DNA of 50,054 nucleotides, counting the filler, from Streblomastix strix (taxonomy: Eukaryota): assembly GCA_008636045.1 (NCBI GenBank). It is 3 parts of 3 records of this genome, joined end to end, with 100 filler letters (N's around TTAATTAATTAA, not from the genome) between each part and the next. Parts side by side here need not be neighbours in the genome. Positions count along the whole stretch, not along the records: positions 1 to 16,625 come from SNRW01000784.1; 2 more parts are not named here. One strand, written 5' to 3'. Of the stretch, positions 1 through 8,754 are shown in pieces. Below the pieces are notes generated by a model, which saw only the letters and a program-made list of their open reading frames with translations, did not search any database and was not told the origin of the DNA. The position numbers and the translations under genes were made by a program. Within the stretch, counting starts at the first letter, position 1. The number at the start of each line of letters is the position of its first letter.

Positions 1-126
1 AGTTTTAATTATTTGTTGTAGGTTTATATTCACAAATTCTTATTTTTAATACTTTTTGAACTCCAGTTTTTTTTTATATTTTTTTTCTGCAGAAAATCGC
101 TTGTTCTTGACAGTATAATCTTATAT

Positions 127-365
127 TAGTAGTATATAAGTGAGAAGTTCGCCCCTTCATGTTTTGAAACTCGTTTTGTATTTATAGCCCTCCAATAATT
201 ATAATGGCTTGGCTTCAATGCTTCAATGCTCATACGTTTCGCTGCTTGCGCAGCTCAACGCTTCGCATTTCGCCATTCAGTCAATCCATATGCTTATCAG
301 GCACGCATAAATATAAAGCGACTTTCAAAACATGAAAGTTCGAACTTCTCACTTATATACTACTA
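127..365. repeat. Long imperfect inverted repeat (terminal hairpin), outer arms ~127-185 and ~307-365
   Basis: tagtagtatataagtgagaagttcg (from 127) is the exact reverse complement of cgaacttctcacttatatactacta (ending 365). Pairing continues through ttcatgttttgaaa/tttcaaaacatgaa. The centre is gctgc-ttgc-gcagc at 241-254. Confidence 0.9.
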
Positions 366-500
366 CATCCATTGTTGGGTTTCATCAATGCCCCAGCATC
401 ACACAATACCCACACAATAATGAACCCACTATATATACAAATTAAAAAATTAAAAAATAAAATAAAAAAGTTTGTTTTCAAGATTAGTTTTAAAACGTTA

Positions 501-531
501 ATGTTCGCCCCATCATATGTTCGCCCCATCA
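501..531. repeat. Tandem 16-mer atgttcgccccatca(t) x2
   Basis: Directly visible. It overlaps the stop codon of the 529-1131 gene, and gttcgcccc also occurs in the terminal hairpin near 147. Confidence 0.8.
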
Positions 532-1131
532 CATGTACAATTCATATTCGTGCATTTGTGGCACAGGTATTTATTATTAAATTTCTGGTTCTTCTTCTCT
601 AACTTCTTCCTTCTAAATTATTTATCTAGGCTATTTATACCCCTTTATTTTTTACTTATATTTCTCTACCTATTTAATTGCATCCTAATGTTATTATTTA
701 ATAAATGAGTTCTCCGTTCTCAAGCGTATCAGTTCTTCCAAATCAAGCTATGGATTTGTATAATTAATTTATGGCTATTTCGAGCTTTTTATTACCCTTT
801 TTTTCACAGGTTTTTTAATTGTCTTCGGTTCTCTTACCTCACTTTAGCTGTATGAATCTTCCTATTCTTCCTCCACCTATTATTCAGTATAATTTAAATA
901 TTTTTCTTCATCTTCAATTGGTTTTTATACCTTCTTTTACACTATCCCACCACTTCTCGCCTTCAGCAGCATCTTATTTTATTGCGCCTGAGTTAATGCC
1001 CGTGCTGTTTTTTTCCCTTCTTCATAAACCTTTATTTTATTTTTTCCAACCTGCAAAATATATCCATTATCGAAATATTCAATTTATGCTCCGTTCACAA
1101 TCAAATTTTTTAATGCATGTGCCTAATCCAT
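529..1131 (-). CDS. Viral hypothetical protein, 200 aa (MDQAHALKNLIVNGAQIEYFDNG...HEYELYM)
   Basis: Open ATG-TGA in code 6, with a TAAAATG start context and a charged coiled-coil-like C-terminal half. Confidence 0.75.
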
Positions 1132-1154
1132 TTTAATATTTTAAAAATAGTAAA

Positions 1155-1880
1155 ATGATTAAAGGAATCGAAAGAAATTAATTGCGCATGTCAAAGACAA
1201 AGAAATAAATGTCCTAACTAAAATAAAAGGAACTACAAGACCAAGATAAAATAAAACTGTAAATATTCGATGAAGCAATTAGCCGCATAAAAATAATGCC
1301 AGCAGAAGAAGCAACAACTGAAAGGTCTTTTATCTCTCCCACGGATGAATAGCCATCAGCAAGAAACCATAGAAAATATAACATCAACAAATATAAAAAA
1401 GTGGAACGAACCACCGCACAAGTTGAACCAGAAGAGGCTTTATAAAAGCTTGCAGAAGAGCAACCAAGAAACATATATTTGTCTCATCCAAATTTAGAAG
1501 TTCAAAAGCTTACTCTGCAGTAGGATATTTTAATAAATATACTATATCTGGTTTCTCTGGTGGAATCATTTGATAAGCTAAATGATTATTTGCAACCATG
1601 TCAGTTTTATTTAGCCATACAATCTTCAAATCTTATAAAAAGTCTTACATCCAGAGCTATAAATATAATGACGCGTAATTTCTAGTCAATACGGGAAATG
1701 AATTAAATATCGGGTTCAATTAATTTAAATCCAATACTCCACTAAATATAATATCATCAGGTATCAAATAATAACTTGGTGTAGCTGGTGCAAGAGGTGG
1801 CCCCACAGCTGATACTTTTGCAATAATATCGCTTAATTTCACGTCTATAAATACTCCACAGTGGCGTTTCCCTGCAATGA
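1155..1880 (+). CDS. Viral hypothetical protein; first ~115 aa probably genuine, 3' part runs antisense into the capsid gene
   Basis: TAAAATG start, MIKGIERNQLRMSKTKKQ...; the frame is open to TGA 1878-1880 but overlaps the minus-strand capsid ORF by ~500 nt. Confidence 0.55.
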
Positions 1881-2493
1881 TGCTTTCTAGTGGTGATACA
1901 CTGACGGAGTTATTAGTGCATAAATCACTTAATGAATTTGAACAAATAACGGCTTGCTCTCTTGCATAAATTGATGTATCCCATAACTTTGTGCTATCTT
2001 TATATATGGCAAATTAATTAAATGGGCCGCAAGCAGTGGAAAATCCGAGCCAAAAGTGTAATACCTCTGTGTCAGAATATTCTTAAGTTGCTGCTGTCAT
2101 ATCTCCTTGTGCGGTATCCACATCATCATCACCATTAAAATTAACTATTGCCTTTGCGGTGTCATCAGATGTTGGCGCCACGGCGGATACCTTATTAATT
2201 TATATCGCTAGTGTATTTTTAGGTATAGAAATTGTCCAATTAACTTAACAAGTTTGGACCATTGAACAGGTAGCGTTTCCTCTAGCTGCTAGTGGAGCAC
2301 GGGTATATTTAACACCAGAGGAATTTAATGAATCTATTGGTTGGTCAAAAAATTATTATTTTGATATGGTGAAAGATTATGGGCGAATGGACAATGTTTT
2401 GGTTACCTGTCCCATCGCCATATAACCGCTAATGTAGTCCGAGTGGTTCATATCCGCTAATTTACTTAAATAGTCAGAAGCTTTGAAAGACAT
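1384..2493 (-). CDS. Putative major capsid protein (double jelly-roll), apparently C-terminally truncated, 369 aa
   Basis: Code-6 ORF MSFKASDYLSKLADM...HFWLGFSTACGPFNQFAIYKDSTKLWDTSIY...GVLDLNQLNPIFNSFPVLTRNYASLYLQLW. It is beta-rich and resembles the first jelly roll of Polinton/PLV MCPs. The call rests on pattern and context. Confidence 0.6.
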
Positions 2494-2563
2494 TTTTAAA
2501 TAAATAAAAATAAATAAAAAGCACTCGCAGGCATTCATTTTTATTATTTTTATTATAAAGTAA

Positions 2564-2770
2564 ATGGGGTTTTTCTCTAAGATAGCAAATTTTGGTTCGA
2601 AAATTTTAGGTGGGGTAAAACACGCGGCCTAATGGATAGCACCAGCTCTTCATAAAGTTCTTACAACTGTTTCGGGGCCAGCAGGAATGATACACCCAGG
2701 CATTGGTGCAGCATTAGGCGCAGGTGCTAATCTTGCAGGGGCAGTGGATAGACTGGTAAATAAAAGATGA
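2564..2770 (+). CDS. 68-aa amphipathic peptide, candidate membrane-penetration/core protein
   Basis: MGFFSKIANFGSKILGGVKHAAQWIAPALHKVLTTVSGPAGMIHPGIGAALGAGANLAGAVDRLVNKR, with a TAAATG start. Confidence 0.75.
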
Positions 2771-2816
2771 CATTAAACCAATTATGGCACAATTAAATTA
2801 TTTTTGCAGAAATAAA

Positions 2817-5078
2817 ATGCAAAGAAATAATGGTCTTTCATAGTAATAAATTCGAACTGTTAGGTAATTAATCACAAATGATATAGCTTATTATATACAA
2901 TACTCGAAACGCGGTGACAACTCTGGGGGTGGTATGCTATAAAATGAAGATTATTAATTGTTTATAGATAATGATAACGCTTTAGTTTATGCGGCCAATA
3001 ATTAAATCATTGACGGTCAAGCTTCAGATTTTGCGTTAAAAATTGCCGCTGATGGTTTGCTGACGGTAATGAATTTAAAGGTTCTAAATTTTGATTTCGT
3101 TGCATAAATTAATCAATTAATTAATGAAGTAAATTAATTCTAATCTACTGTCGGGTCTATTGACTCTGATATTGTTGGGGTAAAAAATGATATAATAACC
3201 ATTCAGTAAGAGCTTGCAAGACAGCAACATTTTAGGGGATATTATTTATTGAACACGGATATTTAAAATTTATCAAATTCCGCTGATGGTGATTTTGCAT
3301 TTAGCGCCGAGAGTGGGACAGTATGGATGTATGACACTGACTGGTATAATAGTGGTGATATTGTTCCTGACTAGGTAACGCCTGCCAGTGATGCGGCGCC
3401 ATTAGTGGATAGTGGCGCAGGTGTTGCTGGCATCAGCACAGAATATAGCCGTGGGGACCATCTGCACCCCCTTTAAATTTCCTCTGTCTTGCCTTCCGCT
3501 GATACCGCAACAGGTGAGGCTGGCACTGCTAATACTTATGCTAGGTCTGACCATACCCATCATGTAAATTTAAGTAATGACGTGCCACTAAAAGATACTG
3601 GCACAGGAACAGCAGGAGCTTCAAATATTTATGCTAGCTCTACGCATTAGCACCCCCTTAATGTTGATCCAACTGTTGCAAATGTGCCACTGGTAAATGC
3701 TACTGCTGCCGCTAATGGGACCAGTGATTTTTATAGTAGAAATGACCATGTGCATCCTTAATAATTAACATATGATGGAAACATTACAGCGACTAAATTT
3801 ATTAAGACTGGCGGATTGGCAACAGAAATTTTATGCGCTAATGGTGATACAACTACTATAGATAACCCCATATCAAGATAATATAACAGTGGCACAGGTG
3901 GGTATATTCGATTGTGTGTTTTTCCAGCAGGAACAAGCACAGGAGCACCATATATATAATTCTAGGTATAATGTAATACGAACGCGATGCAAACAATTGA
4001 TTTAGTCCCTAATTATTCCAGTAGTGGAATTACTACTTTATATGGTGTATTTACTGCACCATCTTACGTATAAGATATATATAATGTTTATTATGGAGTT
4101 GATTAACTATTACATACACATACAGGTACAGGTTCAGCAGCTATATATACAGCATGGATTCATATGATGTCAAGTATCGGAATGGTAACTGTTTCTGTAA
4201 GTAAATAAGGCACATATAACACTGATAGAATTACTGAAATATTAACACAGGATATTGTTTCATCAATAGCAGGAACATAAACAAAGATACCAATGACATT
4301 CAATTTAGGAAATGGTGGGATAATAGGTAATATGCTATAGGTTAATTCATCAGATAGAAATTACAATTTATATAGTAATGGTATTAGAATCGGAAATAAT
4401 ACTACTAATTAATCAGCATTATATTTAGGATGTGATACTACAGCTATAAATACAACTAAAGCAGGTCAATGGGAAATAAGCAAGACAAGCGATAATACAC
4501 TGACAATTAACCCATCATTTTTACGATAAGCTGACCATAGTGTTGGTTTAAGTATTAATAGTGATAGTTCAATAATAAAATTTAATGGTAATGAATTAGT
4601 TAATATGAGGACTGATTAAACGATTACAGGCACAAAAATAATCAATAACGTCCTAAAAATTAATCCTACTAGTAATGATTATACTGAAGGAATAAGAATA
4701 GCACGTTCATCCAATGGAAATTGTAGTGGAATATATTAAGGTTGCAATCCGAATTCATCTAGTGGAACAATGGAAGGATAATGGAACATAGTAAATGCAC
4801 CTGACGGCTAATTACTGATAGGAGTTAATACATAAATTGGTCAGCCAAATCAAGGATTAGTAATATCCGCAGATGGATAAACATTAAGTTTCAATGGGTC
4901 GGTTATCGCTGGCACAGGAGCAACGAATGGAGCAACTAATGGGTCAGTTAATTATTCAGCAGGAAATCTGATTTTATGGGGTGTAAATAGTGTAGGCACA
5001 GAAGGGGGATTTTATAGCGATGGAGCTAAAGTATATTGGCGTGCTAAGCCAATTACATTAGGCGCTGTTCCTCCATGA
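2817..5078 (+). CDS. Tail-fibre-like / virion fibre protein, 753 aa
   Basis: Open in code 6. N-terminal coiled coil, four HxH repeats (YSRGDHLHP, YARSDHTHH, YASSTHQHP, YSRNDHVHP), a FIKTGG...EILCANG motif and two GIRI..LYLG..GQW..FNG modules. Rich in G/S/T/N. Confidence 0.8.
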
Positions 5079-5104
5079 AAAGGATAATTTTATTTTTATT
5101 TAAA

Positions 5105-5455
5105 ATGGACAAACCAATTAAGCAGCTTTTTAATGAACTTGTTAAATGCCACTTTGAAAATGAGGATACAATAAGGATAGCCATCGATGCACTAAATAAT
5201 TTACTTGCCAAAGATAGTAATGAGCAACACCATCCACTTTTGAAAGAATTACAGAGGATAAATAAATAATTTCTAAATTTATAAAATAAATTATAAAGCA
5301 TAAAATAATATGTTGATGAAGAAGAATATAAAAATAAACTATTTAATGAACAGGAGAAATATTTTAAAAAATAAATATAATTAAATTAAAAAATAATTGG
5401 ATTAAAATAATCAACCCATGCAAATCAAAAAATATATAATATCCGAAGCTAATGA
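5105..5455 (+). CDS. Viral hypothetical protein, 116 aa
   Basis: TAAAATG start, MDKPIKQLFNELVKCHF...; extends track ORF 5075-5269 through TAA=Gln to TGA. Confidence 0.7.
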
Positions 5456-5511
5456 AACAGAGAAATAAATATATACTGACTTTGTGAATGACGCATAAAA
5501 TAGTAGCTTGG

Positions 5512-5760
5512 TCAATTATTATCAGTTGAATTTATCTTCATCAGGTAATTTAAGTAATGTAAATAGTTAATGATTTCATCGGTTTTATCACTTACGGGCT
5601 CAATAAATGTATAATGATTTTTGAATTTCTGATATGTTTATTTTTCTTCATCGGTTAAAATAGTTGGCTCAATTAATACCTCAAATATTTTGAATATCTC
5701 ATAATCCGTGGCGTTATATTATAGGCCAATGTTTGTGGCTAATTAATAAATTTCCTCCAT
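5512..5760 (-). CDS. Viral hypothetical protein, 82 aa
   Basis: TAAATG start, MEEIYQLATNIGLQYNATDYEIFKIF...; open to TGA. Confidence 0.6.
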
Positions 5761-5807
5761 TTATATATAAAATAAAAATAGAAAAGAAATGCGGAACATT
5801 TCGCAAT

Positions 5808-5857
5808 CCATCAGCGGCTTACCATCAGCGGCTTACCATCAGCGGCTTGCCATCAGC
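5808..5857. repeat. Tandem 14-mer ccatcagcggctta x~3.6, intergenic
   Basis: Directly visible, just downstream of the stop of the 5862-6239 gene. Confidence 0.9.
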
Positions 5858-5861
5858 TGAA

Positions 5862-6239
5862 TCATATCCCGCATTATTATTACTCATCGACGTATTCATT
5901 AATGGCTTCGTTAATGGGTTCATTAGTGTGCCCGTTAATGGGCATGTTGTTGGCTTTCCTTTTATGGTTCGATTATATGATTTGTTTTATGCTTATTTTC
6001 TATTCATTATTATTTGTATCATTAACGAATATGTATTTTTCGTTATATTTCCCGTATTATTTTAACTTTCTATAATATGTATAATCGCTATTTTTGGCCT
6101 TGGTTAATTAATAAAATTAGAGGTTCCATAATCTGAGTTCATTAAATTATATGCCATTGATTTACTCTATTAGCTGCCCGTCTTTCTTTACTTGGTCTTG
6201 GCTTAAATAGAATTCGAGTTTTTCAAATTGGCTTTCCAT
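5862..6239 (-). CDS. Viral hypothetical protein, 125 aa
   Basis: TAAAATG start, MESQFEKLEFYLSQDQVKKDGQLIEQ...; open to TGA in code 6. Confidence 0.7.
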
Positions 6240-6284
6240 TTTATATCAGATAAAATAATAAAAATAAAAAAAATAATGTTGTTT

Positions 6285-6656
6285 TCAAACTTATTATTTA
6301 TCATTGGGTAAATTCAACATCTTCAAATATAATATATAACGGAAATGTTCAGCGAGTTCAATGTTCTTTTATTTTATGGCGTCATTCAAAAATGCCTCAA
6401 TTTATTACTCTGTTAATTTATTCCAATAAATGACTTTTTCATTCTTTCCCATTTTCCTTCTATAAAAAAACTATATTATATAAATTGTAATATTCAAGGG
6501 CACCAATACTATGTCTAAATAACCCCACAATTATTTAACTAAATTAACTGTGTCCGTTAATTTATCAGGTATTGATAAAGATAGGATAGATATAATAAAA
6601 TTAATGCCATAAAACATATAATTCATCACCCCCATTATCAAATTCAAAATGTTCAT
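6285..6656 (-). CDS. Viral hypothetical membrane protein, 123 aa
   Basis: MNILNLIMGVMNYMFYGINFIISILSLSIP...LWGYLDIVLVPLNITIYIIQFFYRRK: two hydrophobic segments followed by a basic stop-transfer cluster. Confidence 0.7.
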
Positions 6657-6671
6657 TTTATCCTTGTTAAA

Positions 6672-7688
6672 ATGTCGTTAGCAGATTTACAAAATATATA
6701 ATTTGCAAACTAGGATTTACTGAACGAATACAAGACGCGGCCACTGACGAAAAATTCGTTGTTCCTCGTTAATGGAAACCATTATATTGTTGGGGCTGTT
6801 GGCTCGGGTAAAACAACATTAATGTCCAAGCTGATTGTAATGTATAAGAAAATCATTAATCCATATATATTATATTTCTCTAATTTTGGAGCGGATGAAG
6901 CAATGGCATTAAATTTAAATAGCAAAGGGATATAAATAATGAATATAACTTATGGCGAGGCAATGGTTTTTTTGCCAGAGTTTGACGAGATAAAATATTC
7001 AACAAAAGAGGTATATACTTATTACAAATTAAAGGAACAAAATTATGATTACAATAGCGATTTTATCAAGCGAATGAAAGAGAAAATAATAGAAAATAAC
7101 CCAATTAAACGTGATGAGAAACCAGATAAATATATCGAACGAATTGCCGAACTATTTTAATCAACTGTGATGGAGACCATAAATAAATATTCATAACCCA
7201 GTCAAATATTGCGGTTCAAAATTCCAGCATTAATTTAAAATGTGCTGTTTCAAAAGAAATTAAAGGTCATTGATGATAAATAAACCGCTGATATAAAAAT
7301 ATTAAAAATACCTATACTAAAAGATGCTCATTTATTGAATACATTAATGCTCTTCGATGATATTGGATCCAATGCTGATATACAACGTTTTAGTAGTTCA
7401 TTAGCCAAGACCATTACCCATTTGGTTAGTGATTCAAGGCATAGTAAAAATACCATATTCTTCATAGCTTAACGCCCTAGTTATTTGTTTAAGACAGCGA
7501 GGATATTGTCGCACGTCATTTGTCTGGGGGTTAATTTAGGGGAGAGTGATTTAAAATAAGTTTATGAGGAGAATAGCATATAAGGTCTTGATTACGATGA
7601 ATTTTTATTATTATATGGCACGCTAAATAAATATGAGTTTATGGTTTTAAATAAGTGGCTTGGTCTTTATGAAATTTTAAGAAATTGA
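6672..7688 (+). CDS. A32/FtsK-HerA family genome-packaging ATPase, 338 aa
   Basis: Walker A GAVGSGKTT, Walker B LMLFDDIG and SRH...IFFIAQ...KTAR (Arg-finger/Gln-sensor pattern of the A32 family). Confidence 0.92.
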
Positions 7689-7740
7689 AAATAAAATAAA
7701 CTTTATTTTTTTATTTTTTTATTTTTTTAATGACATTAAA

Positions 7741-8598
7741 ATGGAAGCACCAACAACAGCCACACAACAAATAATTTCAAACAATGAAACTTTCACATTT
7801 GGAACCTATATGATGTTCGAGATAATGATACGAGATAAAGATGGATATGTTAATGCAACTAAATTAGTAGCATAAATTAATGAACGCGAAAATACTAATA
7901 AATAGCTAAGAAAAATATTTGAGTCTCCAATATATAGAGATTATAAATAATTTCTGCAATAATTGCGTGGTGCCTAAATTAGATATCAATCCCCAGAAGA
8001 ATTAGATTATTTGCTTCCATCAACATTTAATAATAATGTTAGAGGTAAATATATCCATAAGGATTTAATTAATATCATTTGTTTGAAAACATCAATTAAA
8101 TATTTACACCATTTAAATAAAATAATGGATGCAATTAATGAACGTATAACAGCAACAAATGATGAAACAACAAGCATTTAAGAGCACGCAGAAGATACAA
8201 TAAATATGGTTATTGAAGAGTAAAATGTAGCTATCGAAGACTATTAAAAAGAAATACAATAATTGAAACATCGAGCAGTTCCCATAGATAAAGAAACATC
8301 ATATATATTAGCTATTGAATTAGAAGAAATATGGTAGGATAAAATTACTTATTAAGTTAGACGATTAAATAAAAGACATTTACACAAAAAACAAATCATT
8401 CTATTAAGAATGGCAGCTCTATACTTTGATAATCTACCAATAGCAATGACCACAAATGAGAAATTGAAGGAAGGACTAAAAAAAGAATTCACTGATATTG
8501 ATTTCTTTAGTAATAAAATAACAGTGCCAGAAGCAGATAACCAAAGACTATTGGATAGCATCAGCCGTATCATTGATGAGCTATATAAATCAGAATGA
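7741..8598 (+). CDS. KilA-N domain DNA-binding protein, 285 aa
   Basis: IMIRDKDGYVNATKL and RGKYIHKDLINII motifs, followed by a coiled coil. In frame with track ORF 8410-8598. Confidence 0.9.
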
Positions 8599-8643
8599 TA
8601 AATAATATTATTTTTTGTGATAAAATGCTCATGTTTTGGGTCC

Positions 8644-8713
8644 GTGGGATGGCCCACACACTAGGTTTTTAGTAAGCTGGATTTCCAGCGGACTAGTCTG
8701 CCCCATAATGGGC
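8644..8713. terminator. Cluster of GC-rich short hairpins between convergent KilA-N and polB genes (putative 3'-end signals)
   Basis: gtggg-atgg-cccac, gctgg-attt-ccagc, gactagtc and gccc-cataat-gggc in an otherwise AT-rich intergenic region. Confidence 0.4.
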
Positions 8714-8754
8714 ATACCCATTAATGAATCCGTATAAAAATAGCCCATTAATGC

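Noticed and set aside
1598..2500. Long TGA-free plus-strand frame opposite the capsid gene
   Set aside because: With only one stop codon, antisense frames stay open easily. The minus strand has the start signature and more protein-like composition.
2817..5078. Diversity-generating retroelement targeting the fibre gene
   Set aside because: No TR/VR pair was seen, and the only RT is DIRS-type and on another contig.
5808..5857. Short repeats as a CRISPR array
   Set aside because: There are no spacers and no cas genes, and the context is eukaryotic.
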